50,689 nucleotides of DNA from an uncultured bacterium (lineage in GTDB: Bacteria; B130-G9). Under the pieces are notes generated by a model. It made no database searches and was not told the DNA's origin. It worked only from the letters and a program-made list of their open reading frames with translations. Positions 1 through 9,050 of this stretch are shown here, piece after piece. The first letter of the stretch is position 1, and each line of letters begins with the position of its first letter. The DNA lies in the NCBI GenBank assembly GCA_965372715.1, contig CBDVDH010000024.1, positions 1-50,689 on the forward strand, read 5' to 3'. Made by a program: the position numbers and the translations under genes.

Positions 1-1555
1 CGTGGACGAAGAGGTCGTAGGGCCTGGCCGTTTTGAGCGTCAGCTGGTCGTTTTCCGCGTTGTTGCGGCCCACGAGAATCTCGAATCCGTCCGATGAGAC
101 GAAGCGTCTGAATCGCTGCTCCTTCTCCCTGCTCGCGGGACTCCTTATGCCGCTGACGACCTCTTCATATTTGCGCTGCGTCATCCCGGCTCGCCGGACT
201 AGCTCTTCCGCTATTTGCGTTAAACACTGGACACCCTCGCATCCCTCGATCTGGAGCAGCAGGCCGTCGGAGTAGGCGATCTCTTCCTTAATGCTTGAGA
301 CCAGCCTTTCGCTGTGAGCCAGGCGCCGCTTGGCCTTCTTCGCCTTCTTGAAGAGCGCATCGACGTTCGCCCACGGCGAAAGCGACGCATCGAGCTCGAT
401 TGTGACGCTGTCCTGCGCCTCCGAGAAGACGTTTTCAACGGCGACAGTGGCCATGCCTTTTTTGACGTCATGCACGTTCATTTTGAGCAGCTCGCCCCTT
501 TCAAACTGCCGCTTGACCTCATCCTCGTCGGCGGCCTCACCCTCGACATTTGCGAGGCGCCGCTTGGCCTTTGCGAGCTTGGACCTGACAATCTGCATCA
601 ACCGTTGCGCCATTTTCTCAAACGCGACTGCCTCATCTGCCTTTGCGAAGAAGACCTCCGCCGCTTCAGCCATCGTCTCGAACCGCTGAACCTCCCAGCC
701 TTCCTTCTCGACGAGCGGGAACGCGCACAGCAACGATTTCCTAGTGCGTAATCTGACGCCGTCTGTCACGGGAATTGCCTCTGCGATCGAGCTTGGGCCG
801 GGCTCCGTCATAACGCACGGGTCAAATCGCTCCTCGGAGACCGCCTGCATCAACGAGGCAAATGCCTGAGCCGCGGCTCCCGCGACCCTGTTCCCGGCGG
901 ACTGCTGCTGCGCCCTGGCAGCGATCTCACGCGCGATCGTCGGCGAGATTCCGGCGAATTCGGCGAGTGTGATCTTGTCAAGTCGGCCATCATGTGAGCC
1001 TTCGAGCGCTGTCCGGACCTCATCCTGGGTCGCGGCGAGCGGGTTTCGCCCCTGAGACGCCGGCGGCTCGACGTATTCGACGCCTGGCAGAATAGGCCTT
1101 GGCCGCGACATCGCCTCCGTTACATGCTTTCCCGCGTCGATGACCTCCCGCGAGGCCCTATCTACTAGAATCAGGTTGCTGTTCTTGCCCATCAATTCGG
1201 CGATCAGCGTGAACTCCAGCGGATTCCCCCTCAGGTCGAGGTTCACAAGCTCAAACGTTACGACGCGCTCTAGCGACTTCATCAGGATGCTAGCGATCTT
1301 GGCGCCCAAGATGTGGCGCCTCAAAATCGCCACGAACGGACTTTGGATTCGTGCCTTCTGTGGCTTTGCTCGCGTCGGATACAGCCTGAAGAACGAGGCG
1401 TCCCAGGAGACGACTAGGTAGATGAGAGTGATGCCACCGTGCCTAACCGTGAAGAAAACACTCTTTCGATCACAAGGCTCGACAGAGAGCACCTTGCCGC
1501 CCACGAGGTTCTTTCGCAGCCAGCAATAGACGCCCCGTAAGACCACGGAATCCAT
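1..1555 (-). CDS. rqcH: NFACT/FbpA-family ribosome quality control protein RqcH (3' end outside the window)
   Basis: Manual translation from ATG 1555: MDSVVLRGVY...FVAILRRHILGAKI...ERVVTFE...LIAELMGKNSNLILVD (NFACT-N) and, near the left edge, SSDGFEILVGRNNAENDQLTLKTARPYDLFVH (NFACT-R). Confidence 0.9.
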   Translation of the reverse strand, partial: MDSVVLRGVYCWLRKNLVGGKVLSVEPCDRKSVFFTVRHGGITLIYLVVSWDASFFRLYPTRAKPQKARIQSPFVAILRRHILGAKIASILMKSLERVVTFELVNLDLRGNPLEFTLIAELMGKNSNLILVDRASREVIDAGKHVTEAMSRPRPILPGVEYVEPPASQGRNPLAATQDEVRTALEGSHDGRLDKITLAEFAGISPTIAREIAARAQQQSAGNRVAGAAAQAFASLMQAVSEERFDPCVMTEPGPSSIAEAIPVTDGVRLRTRKSLLCAFPLVEKEGWEVQRFETMAEAAEVFFAKADEAVAFEKMAQRLMQIVRSKLAKAKRRLANVEGEAADEDEVKRQFERGELLKMNVHDVKKGMATVAVENVFSEAQDSVTIELDASLSPWANVDALFKKAKKAKRRLAHSERLVSSIKEEIAYSDGLLLQIEGCEGVQCLTQIAEELVRRAGMTQRKYEEVVSGIRSPASREKEQRFRRFVSSDGFEILVGRNNAENDQLTLKTARPYDLFVH

Positions 1556-1672
1556 GAGCCTTGTTTCCCCAGACCGTTGCCAAAAAAACTCCTTGACACA
1601 ATTGGTATAATAGTAACAGAAATGATGGGTGAACAGGTCAAGGGGTCAATAGGTCAATAGGACGCCACGTCG

Positions 1673-2545
1673 ATGGGGCAATGGATTGTGACTGTGCGGA
1701 GCTGTGGGACGGTCTTGGTTTTGGCGTTGCTCTTTGTGTTTGGCGGCTTTGCCCACGGGAGGCAGCTTAGCGTAACAACGTCGATTCTGCCGGTCGCGGA
1801 CTGGGCGCGGAACGTTGGCAAGGACCGCGTGAACGTCAGTTGCGTTCTATCGGGCGGCTCAAGCCCACACACGTTCGCGCCGTCCCCTTCTGACGTGAAG
1901 CGGCTGGCAAGCGCTGACTTGTTCATAATGATAGGCATCGGTCTAGAAGAGTGGGCGGAGGACTTCGTCTCCGCGGCCGCCAAGACCGACCTAACCATTC
2001 TGAGGCTCGGCCAACGGATCGGCTTCAAGCAAGGCGACAACCCTCACGTGTGGCTCGACCCAAGTCTTGCGCAGAAGATGGTGCTTTCGATTGCTGAGGT
2101 CTTTTCGCGCCTCGACCCCAGCTCGAAGGAGTTCTATCACGACAACGCGAATCGCTACTGCGGCGAGATTCAGTCGCTGCACGAGCGGTTCGCTCCACAA
2201 TTCGCGGCGCTTGAGGACAGGAAGGTTGTACAGTTCCATCCAGCGTTCACCTATATGTTGACTCAGTATAGTATTGGCGTGATTGACGTGATCGAACCGC
2301 ATCCTGGCAAGGAGCCGACGAGCAAGCGTTTGCAGAGCATCATCGTCAGGCTGCGCAGGGAGCCCAAACGGGTTGTCCTGATCGAGCCGCAGCTGTCCTC
2401 AACGGCTGCTGCTGCCGTCGCTCGCGAGGCGTCCGCAACACTTGTCCTGGTTGACCCGCTCGGCGACGCGAGCGTCGCGCCTCGGAGCACGTATCTTTTG
2501 TTGATGGAGTTCAATCTGAACGCGCTATTGAGGAGTCTGAGGTAG
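1673..2545 (+). CDS. znuA: Metal ABC transporter substrate-binding protein, Zn-type
   Basis: Signal peptide; SPHTF, NPHVWLDP, FHPAF and DPL motifs give His/His/His/Asp ligands typical of Zn binders. Confidence 0.88.
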   Translation: MGQWIVTVRSCGTVLVLALLFVFGGFAHGRQLSVTTSILPVADWARNVGKDRVNVSCVLSGGSSPHTFAPSPSDVKRLASADLFIMIGIGLEEWAEDFVSAAAKTDLTILRLGQRIGFKQGDNPHVWLDPSLAQKMVLSIAEVFSRLDPSSKEFYHDNANRYCGEIQSLHERFAPQFAALEDRKVVQFHPAFTYMLTQYSIGVIDVIEPHPGKEPTSKRLQSIIVRLRREPKRVVLIEPQLSSTAAAAVAREASATLVLVDPLGDASVAPRSTYLLLMEFNLNALLRSLR

Positions 2546-2550
2546 GAATC

Positions 2551-3402
2551 GTGCCGAGCCATGGAGAGGAGACGGGAAGCTTCAACGAGCAGGGCGAGGG
2601 CGGCGCTGGGCAGACCGGCAACCTGGCGATTCAAGTGAGGGGCCTAAGCTTCTCCTATTCGTCGGGGCTTGAGCCGACCTTGCGCAACATCGATTTCGAG
2701 CTCAGGCGACGTGTTTTTCTGGCGCTGATTGGGCCGAATGGTGGGGGCAAAACCACGTTCCTCAGGATTCTGCTTGGTGAGCTTCAGCCGACGACGGGCT
2801 CGGTGCAAGTCTTTGGTCGCGCACCCCATGACCTGGGCCGGCTCAGGGCAAAGATCGGTTACGTCCCACAAAAGGCGCATTTTGACCTTTCATTCCCGGC
2901 ATCCGCGCTCGACGTCGTTCTGATGGGCTCGTTTTTCGAGACTGGCCTGCTTCGCAGGGTCTCCGGGGCCAAGAAGAAGCGGGCGAAGGAGCTGCTGGCG
3001 CGCTTCGGGATAGCGGACCAGGCCAAGGATCAGATCGGCAAGCTCTCTTACGGCCAACAGCAACGGGCGTTCATCGCAAGGGCGCTCATGCCGTCGCCGG
3101 AGCTTCTGATACTCGACGAGCCGACGGTCGGCATCGACACGGACGGCCAAACGCTTTTTTACGACGAGGTGGCAATGCTCCATCGTGACTTCGGTATAAC
3201 GATTGTCATGGTCTCGCACGACATTGCCCAGATTGCAGGCCACGTGGATGAGATTGCCTGCCTCTTCCACACGATGCACTGGCACTCAAGATCAGAACTA
3301 ATCAACGAGGAGGTTCTGCAGAAAGCCCACATGTGCGAGCTGGACGCCTATCTGAAGGAGCATTTGCGCCACATAGACGAGTTCCACAGGAACAAGCGAT
3401 GA
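2551..3402 (+). CDS. znuC: Metal ABC transporter ATP-binding protein
   Basis: Walker A GPNGGGKT, signature LSYGQQQR, LILDEPT, SHD; His/Cys-rich C-terminus. Confidence 0.9.
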   Translation: MPSHGEETGSFNEQGEGGAGQTGNLAIQVRGLSFSYSSGLEPTLRNIDFELRRRVFLALIGPNGGGKTTFLRILLGELQPTTGSVQVFGRAPHDLGRLRAKIGYVPQKAHFDLSFPASALDVVLMGSFFETGLLRRVSGAKKKRAKELLARFGIADQAKDQIGKLSYGQQQRAFIARALMPSPELLILDEPTVGIDTDGQTLFYDEVAMLHRDFGITIVMVSHDIAQIAGHVDEIACLFHTMHWHSRSELINEEVLQKAHMCELDAYLKEHLRHIDEFHRNKR

Positions 3403-3424
3403 TCCACGAAATCTGTTGCCCGTT

Positions 3425-3482
3425 GGTTCGCCGCGCGGCGAATTGCCAGTTAATCCGCAATCCGCAATCCGCAATCCGCAAT
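3425..3482. repeat. Perfect palindrome TTCGCCGCGCGGCGAA followed by (AATCCGC)x4
   Basis: Read directly: palindrome 3427-3442, heptamers 3452-3479. Confidence 0.9.
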
Positions 3483-3497
3483 TGAAGATGTAGGCGC

Positions 3498-4343
3498 ATG
3501 GGCAGCGACATCTCCTTTCTTGAGTCGCTTCAGACGTTCGAGTTCATGCGCCATGCTTTTCTGGCAGGTCTGATCATCGGGACCACGTGCTCAATCTTGT
3601 CTGTGTATGTGGTTCTGAAGCGGCTCGCATTCATCGGCCAGGGCATATCGCACTCGGCTTTTGGCGGAGTGGCACTCGCGCTCCTGCTGTTTGAGGACAG
3701 CGCTTTCGCCGACCTTAAGGTAGGCGCCGTCACGCTCGTCTTCTGCCTCGTGGTCGCCGTCCTCATCGGCTGGGCGAGTCGGGGGAGGCGAATCTCTGGG
3801 GATTCAGCCATCGGCATCTTTTTCGCTGTCTCCATGGCCGCCGGCGTGATATTCATATCCCTCAGGCAAAGATATACTGGCGAGGTCTTCAGCTACCTGT
3901 TTGGGAACATCTTGGGCGTCAGCGCGAGCGACATAGTCGCTATCTCAGTGCTAGCGGCGCTGGTGCTCGGGGTCATACTCGCTTTCTTCAAGGAGATATT
4001 CTTCTTCTGTTTCGACGAACGACTCGCTGCCGTCAGCGGCCTTCCAACCCGCTTTCTGCATTACCTCCTTCTGATACTCCTCGCGCTGACGATCGTCATC
4101 TCGATCAAGGTCGTCGGCATCATACTCGTCTCGGCGTTTCTCGTCATCCCCGGCGCCACAGCAAAGCTGCTCTCAACCAGCCTCAAAAAAATGCTCATAA
4201 TCTCCGTCGCCATCGGGATCGCCTCATCTCTTATCGGCCTCTTTGTCTCATACCACCTTGAGATTCCCTCCGGCGCGACGATCGTTCTCGTCCAGTTCCT
4301 GACCCTAATCACCGCGATGCTTGTGAGGCGGTTGAGGGCCTGA
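3498..4343 (+). CDS. znuB: Metal ABC transporter permease (ABC-3)
   Basis: VVLKRLAFIGQGISHSAFGG, YLFGNILGV, IKVVGIILVSAFLVIPGATA; multiple TM helices. Confidence 0.9.
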   Translation: MGSDISFLESLQTFEFMRHAFLAGLIIGTTCSILSVYVVLKRLAFIGQGISHSAFGGVALALLLFEDSAFADLKVGAVTLVFCLVVAVLIGWASRGRRISGDSAIGIFFAVSMAAGVIFISLRQRYTGEVFSYLFGNILGVSASDIVAISVLAALVLGVILAFFKEIFFFCFDERLAAVSGLPTRFLHYLLLILLALTIVISIKVVGIILVSAFLVIPGATAKLLSTSLKKMLIISVAIGIASSLIGLFVSYHLEIPSGATIVLVQFLTLITAMLVRRLRA

Positions 4344-4377
4344 CTCCTTGCAGTTCCAGGCCGGGGTGCAGTCGGTC

Positions 4378-4514
4378 GTAGGGCGGGCTTTCCAGCCTGC
4401 CAAGATCTGGTAGGGGTTCGCCGCGCGGCGAATTCACCCGTTGGCGGTTGGCAGTTGTCAGTTGTCAGTTAACGGTTGCAGGTAGATGTAGGGGCAGGTC
4501 TCCGCGCCTGCCCC
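4378..4514. repeat. Cluster of GTAG-headed REP-like palindromes with GTTG(G/T)CA heptamers
   Basis: GTAGGGCGGGCTTTCCAGCCTGCC (4378), GTAGGGGTTCGCCGCGCGGCGAA (4410), GTAGGGGCAGGTCTCCGCGCCTGCCCC (4488); heptamers 4447-4470. Confidence 0.75.
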
Positions 4515-4684
4515 TTCTCGGTTCGCGGTTCACAGGCCTGCGTAATGGCTGGCCACGCGGCGAACACATGCAGTATCAATTCGCCTGCGATGCGAATGGC
4601 AGGCTGGACGGCCCGCCCTTTTCTCCCTTTCTCCCTTTTTCCTTTTGTCCCGTTTTCCCTGGGAAACTCCTCGCAAGTTCCCTA

Positions 4685-4723
4685 TTGACCTCATGTAACG
4701 TTGTCATATACAATATGTTGTGT
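4685..4723 (+). promoter_or_regulatory. Sigma70-type promoter of nrdR overlapped by an NrdR box
   Basis: TTGACC-N18-TACAAT; ATACAATATGTTGTGT (4708-4723) matches acaCwAtATaTwGtgt at 14/16. Confidence 0.7.
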
Positions 4724-4809
4724 CCAAGAAGTGTCTTGAGCTGCGCCAGCACCACGCGTTGGTGTTTGTCTGGCTCTACAACGGGTTTTCAGGATGATGT
4801 AGGCCTGAT

Positions 4810-4825
4810 GCGCAATATATAGGAG
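4810..4825 (+). promoter_or_regulatory. Second NrdR box overlapping the nrdR ribosome-binding site
   Basis: GCGCAATATATAGGAG contains the perfect core CAATATATAG. Confidence 0.55.
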
Positions 4826-4834
4826 ATTGGACCG

Positions 4835-5293
4835 ATGAGGTGTCCATTCTGTGGTGTCACAAAGGACCGTGTTGTCGATTCCCGGATGAGCAAGGACGGT
4901 GCGATGATTCGACGACGTCGCGAGTGCTCCGCATGCCTAAAGCGATTCACTACATACGAGGAGATCGAGGACGTTACGTATGTCGTGGTCAAGAAGGACA
5001 AGCGGCGTGAGCCGTTCGACAGGCAGAAGCTGTTAGCGGGTCTTAAGCGGGCCTGCGAGAAGCGACCGATAGGGACGGTTCAGCTCGAGGAGATAGTTAG
5101 CGAGGTTGAGCGAGAATTGCACAGCAAGGCCGACAAGGAGATCACGACGCACGAGATCGGCGAGTATGTGATGGACGAGCTCCGAGGGCTCGATCAGGTC
5201 GCTTACGTGCGGTTTGCCTCGGTCTATAGGGATTTCAAGAGCGCCGATCAGTTCCTTGAGGAGCTTGAACACCTCTTGCACGCCGACCGCTAG
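4835..5293 (+). CDS. nrdR: Transcriptional repressor NrdR
   Basis: MRCPFCG...VVDSR...IRRRREC..C.KRFTTYE zinc ribbon, ATP cone, DQVAYVRFASVYRDF. Confidence 0.98.
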   Translation: MRCPFCGVTKDRVVDSRMSKDGAMIRRRRECSACLKRFTTYEEIEDVTYVVVKKDKRREPFDRQKLLAGLKRACEKRPIGTVQLEEIVSEVERELHSKADKEITTHEIGEYVMDELRGLDQVAYVRFASVYRDFKSADQFLEELEHLLHADR

Positions 5294-5328
5294 AAAGAGC
5301 CTTCCGTCAATCAGATTCGGAGAACGAT

Positions 5329-6540
5329 ATGAGTGACAATGGAGTTTTGATTAGCCAAATAAGGAAGAAGGCCCGGGAATTCGAGAGCGAGGTAGTCTCG
5401 GTAAGGCGCGCGATTCATCATAACCCGGAGCTCGCCTTCGAGGAGCACGAGACCTCGGCACTTCTTGCGGACCGCATGGAGAAGTCTGGGATAAAGGTTG
5501 AGCGCGGCGTCGGTGGGACTGGCGTCGTCGGCCGTATTCAGCCGGAGAGGGAAGGGGTCAGGACTGTAGCGATTCGTGCCGACATGGACGCCTTGTCGAT
5601 ACAGGAGCAGACGGGGCTTGAGTTCGCGTCCAAGAACCCGGGCAAGATGCACGCCTGTGGTCACGACGCCAACTGCGCTATGGCGCTGGGCGCGGCTCTC
5701 ATTCTCAATTCAGAAGAGGTCAAGGAGCACCTGAAGGGCAACGTGCGCATTCTGTTCCAGCCGGCCGAGGAGGCGCCGCCGGGCGGTGCAATCAAGATGA
5801 TCGAGGACGGCGCCCTTGAGAACCCGAATGTCGATGCGATTATTGCCTCGCACACGCACAACGACGGCCGCCTCGGTGAGATCACGTTCAGGGAGGGGCC
5901 CATGATGGCAAGCGCGGACAACTTTGACTTGAAGATAGTCGGCGAGGCGGCGCACGGCGCAATGCCTCAACAGGGCAAGGACGCGATTGTGGCGGCGGCG
6001 GAGGTGATTCTGGGCTACCAGCGGATTGTCAGCAGGCAGATAAGCCCGACGGCGCCGGCGGTCATCACGATCGGGACTATCCACGGCGGCGACAGGTCGA
6101 ACGTGATACCCAGCGAAGTTATGATGAAGGGAACGGTCAGGACCCTCGACATGCCCGTGAAGGAGATAATCCGAAAGGCGATGCACGAGACGGCCGACGG
6201 TATCACGAAATCCGCTGGCTTGTCATACGAGCTGGACTATCAGGACGGCTATCCGACGCTTTTGATCGATCCTGCGCTGAAGAGAATTGCGCAGGATGCG
6301 ATATGCGAGTTCGGCGGGGATGCGAGGTTTGTGGAGATGCCAACTCCCATAATGGGCGGGGAGGATTTCGCCTATTATACGCACAAGGCGCCGGGGGTCT
6401 TTATGTTCCTGGGTGTGGTCTCCGACAGGAATCCGAAGCAGCCAATGCACCACCCCAAATACAACATCGACGAGCGCGTCCTCACGCTGGGCGCCTCGGT
6501 CATGGCATACGCCGCGGCCAAGATGCTGGCGGAAATCTGA
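5329..6540 (+). CDS. M20 family amidohydrolase (hippurate hydrolase/IAA-amino acid hydrolase-like)
   Basis: HHNPELAFEE, RADMDAL, MHACGHD, FQPAEE, GGEDF, HHPKY motifs. Confidence 0.93.
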   Translation: MSDNGVLISQIRKKAREFESEVVSVRRAIHHNPELAFEEHETSALLADRMEKSGIKVERGVGGTGVVGRIQPEREGVRTVAIRADMDALSIQEQTGLEFASKNPGKMHACGHDANCAMALGAALILNSEEVKEHLKGNVRILFQPAEEAPPGGAIKMIEDGALENPNVDAIIASHTHNDGRLGEITFREGPMMASADNFDLKIVGEAAHGAMPQQGKDAIVAAAEVILGYQRIVSRQISPTAPAVITIGTIHGGDRSNVIPSEVMMKGTVRTLDMPVKEIIRKAMHETADGITKSAGLSYELDYQDGYPTLLIDPALKRIAQDAICEFGGDARFVEMPTPIMGGEDFAYYTHKAPGVFMFLGVVSDRNPKQPMHHPKYNIDERVLTLGASVMAYAAAKMLAEI

Positions 6541-6655
6541 GCTGTCACGAGAGTGGTCTTGACGACAGATTACCGTGACGACGGTGGACGTAGGTTGGTT
6601 GCATAGCAGCCGGCATCGATTCCTGGGCTAGTAATTGCCGCAACAACATACGCTC

Positions 6656-7039
6656 TCAACTGCACGAAGGACGGCTTCTGAGGTCCCTTATGTTCTCGAT
6701 GACCTTCTCGGCCCTATCGATACCCAGCTCGGCGTCGCTCACCTTGACGGGAGGGTCCGCGTGATAGTCGGCCAGCGTTCGTAGTCGCTTAATCCTAAGC
6801 CCGTTCTCTTTGACCTTCTTGTCGAGATCTGAGAATGCCAACCAAATCCGCTTATGGGATGTTTCAGGTTCATAATTGAAGGCCGGGCCGGCCTCATTTA
6901 AGTATTCTGTCGCTGTGTTGAACGCGGCATAGTACGCTCTGCTCACAGCGGTGCGGAGCTTCGCCTCATAGATGTCTCCGAAGATGCTTGGCAAGATTTG
7001 TCTCGCTAGCTTCAAATAATCTTCCCAGCTGAACGTCAT
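6656..7039 (-). CDS. HEPN domain protein (UPF0332-like), putative RNase toxin
   Basis: [28 protein letters not shown] (R-x5-H); ATGA overlap with the upstream gene. Confidence 0.85.
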   Translation of the reverse strand: MTFSWEDYLKLARQILPSIFGDIYEAKLRTAVSRAYYAAFNTATEYLNEAGPAFNYEPETSHKRIWLAFSDLDKKVKENGLRIKRLRTLADYHADPPVKVSDAELGIDRAEKVIENIRDLRSRPSCS

Positions 7040-7698
7040 ACGAAATCCACCGTTATGCAGAGCTCTCCGTCAGCGTTCTCGGAGGCATCAAGCCACCAGT
7101 CCTCGTCGAATTGGTCTAGAAGACGCGAAGCCTCTTTTGCCGAGAGAGGCGTTTGAACACACGCGTAGAGTACTGGTTGGGCTGGGTGATCCTCGGGATC
7201 AATGAGCACCTCGAGCACGACCCGGGCCTCCCTGCCAAAGTGTCGCTCAATAGCAGGCCTCGCCTCCAGTAAGAGCGGGAGCAGAAACGGGTGCTCGTGG
7301 ACAAACAACGTCACCCTATGCTTGTCCCGGAAGGCGTAGAATCGGTCTAGCCGGCCGATCCGCTTCACCAAGACTTGTGCAGCAGGAGCCTCTGTGACTG
7401 AAGCCCAAACGTATCGCCAATGCGCCTCATCCTCGACCATTGCCGTTGATGGCCTGTCCAGCCCCTCGGCGAACTGATTGTAAGTCTCTTCGAAATAGGG
7501 CCCCAGAGGCTTTCCCGAATGCGCGAGCGTTACAATGTTGCTGGCAGTGGAGTCTCCTGCAACGATCAGGAAGGCACGACTCTCTCTAAGTTCCGGCGGC
7601 AACGGGAAATGGGACTGTGGAGATGCACCGGGGCCCTGATCTCTGCGATAGGTTCCGCCTGGGCGCAGCATGTGTCGCTCTTGCTCCTGTGGCTGCAT
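7036..7698 (-). CDS. Hypothetical HEPN-partner protein (putative antitoxin) with long N-terminal extension
   Basis: C-terminal ~105 aa clearly paralogous to 9047-9412 (LLL.A...IE.HFG...VVLEV..DPE...L..C.QT.LS..EA......D.DW.L......C....FV). Confidence 0.75.
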   Translation of the reverse strand: MQPQEQERHMLRPGGTYRRDQGPGASPQSHFPLPPELRESRAFLIVAGDSTASNIVTLAHSGKPLGPYFEETYNQFAEGLDRPSTAMVEDEAHWRYVWASVTEAPAAQVLVKRIGRLDRFYAFRDKHRVTLFVHEHPFLLPLLLEARPAIERHFGREARVVLEVLIDPEDHPAQPVLYACVQTPLSAKEASRLLDQFDEDWWLDASENADGELCITVDFV

Positions 7699-8460
7699 CT
7701 ATTCCTTCACCTCGCCAAAAGCGTCCCGCAGCTCATCCGTCAGACAGGCCTCGAACGCACGGTTCACATTGTCGTGAGCAACGTCCAGCCACTGCATTAT
7801 CTTGTCTATGTGCAAGCCGACTTCATGCGGTCGATTCAGAATGTATTGAGTGTCCAGCGCAAGCCCAAGAGATTCCTCCTTGTCTGAACTGGTCGTAACC
7901 AACTCCATTCTCAAAATGTCTCTATCTTCTTCGTGAGAACTTTGGACCCCCACAATGAATGCGCTGAATTGCTCATACTTACAAAGCTCTTCGCCGGCGA
8001 AGGGCCCGAAATTGAGATACCGCCTTAGATTCTGAATGCCACCCTGTATCTCGAATCGGTCGATGTATCGCAGTCTTAGACCAATAAGCCCTTCGGGCAT
8101 GAGCGGTTTCAGATACGCGTCGAAAGCCTCCTTGATTGTCGGTTTGAAGCACTCCCAGGACTCATATGGTTTGAGCCTGTGCACACTCAGCAAGTCGGAG
8201 CCTAGTTGCACGATCGTCCTTCGGTCTTGGGTCAAAAACTTCACTCGATCTACAAGTCTGGCTTCATAGCTAACGACCTCAGGCCCGGCTGACACCCTTG
8301 CACTTGCCGGTAGCCTAACCTGCTCTCTATTGGGGTACTTGTCGGGCCCCAACTCGTGATATATCAGACCAGGGACAGCTAAGTCCCACTCGTCGGACGG
8401 CTTGAACCGAAACTCGCAAAAGACCTCTTCAAGAGGCGGATTGCTGTATTTCCTAACCAT
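7699..8460 (-). CDS. TIGR04255-family protein
   Basis: YSNPPLEEVFCEFRF, VQLGSD.LSVH...PYESWE.F, LRLRYIDRF, LDTQ, WLDVAH......FEACLTDELR pattern. Confidence 0.8.
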   Translation of the reverse strand: MVRKYSNPPLEEVFCEFRFKPSDEWDLAVPGLIYHELGPDKYPNREQVRLPASARVSAGPEVVSYEARLVDRVKFLTQDRRTIVQLGSDLLSVHRLKPYESWECFKPTIKEAFDAYLKPLMPEGLIGLRLRYIDRFEIQGGIQNLRRYLNFGPFAGEELCKYEQFSAFIVGVQSSHEEDRDILRMELVTTSSDKEESLGLALDTQYILNRPHEVGLHIDKIMQWLDVAHDNVNRAFEACLTDELRDAFGEVKE

Positions 8461-8697
8461 GATCTTTCCCCAAAACGAGTATTCTCGGCCACTCTTGGTT
8501 GAATCTCCTGCTTCCTTACCCGAAAAAGCAGAATACCACGTGCATTACAGAAGTGAAGCACTCATTAATAAGCTTGCCTAACCACTTATATCGGGAACAA
8601 CTGAGACAAGTTCAAGTTCATTTGACGCAGCATCGCTTCTGGTGCAGAATACCTCACCCAGAAGAGAGCGATTTGAGTTAACCCTGGAGGATAACCC

Positions 8698-8940
8698 GTG
8701 ACGCGATACATGCCGATTGAGCGCCCGATGGGCAGTGAGATCTCGTGTAAAGGCTGGCTGCAAGAGGCGGCGATGCGGATGCACAACGTCAGCGAGGACG
8801 TTGCCGAGAAGCCGCAGGAGCTAATCGTCTATGGCGGAACCGGGAAGGCGGCCCGGAACTGGGAGGCGTTCCACAATATCGTCGCGACGTTGAGGGAACT
8901 GGAGAACGATGAGACGCTGCTCGTGCAAAATGCAGCGTAG
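8698..8940 (+). pseudogene. hutU: Urocanate hydratase 5' fragment (~77 codons)
   Basis: [12 protein letters not shown]...[24 protein letters not shown]...[10 protein letters not shown], then abrupt loss of homology and a stop; GGAGG RBS. Confidence 0.9.
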
Positions 8941-9050
8941 TAAGCCCGACTGATTGAGGAGCGAAGGGCTGCTTCTTGGTGTTCGGTGGCAAACGGCGCG
9001 CTCAACAAATGCCGCGCTATTGCCAAATAGGTGGACCAATCGAAATTCAT
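8925..9050 (-). pseudogene. Truncated HEPN gene (5' ~42 codons only)
   Basis: MNFDWSTYLAIAR...[17 protein letters not shown], paralogous to 6656-7039, then runs into antisense hutU sequence. Confidence 0.85.

Noticed and set aside
1593-1611. TTGACA and TATAAT upstream of znuA; possible Zur box
   Set aside because: Only 7 nt apart, so not a -35/-10 pair (an extended -10 remains possible); no convincing Zur palindrome
33-1641. Short ORF-track ORFs in the first 1.6 kb, and similar antisense ORFs across the window
   Set aside because: Shadow frames of rqcH and other well-supported genes in GC-rich DNA
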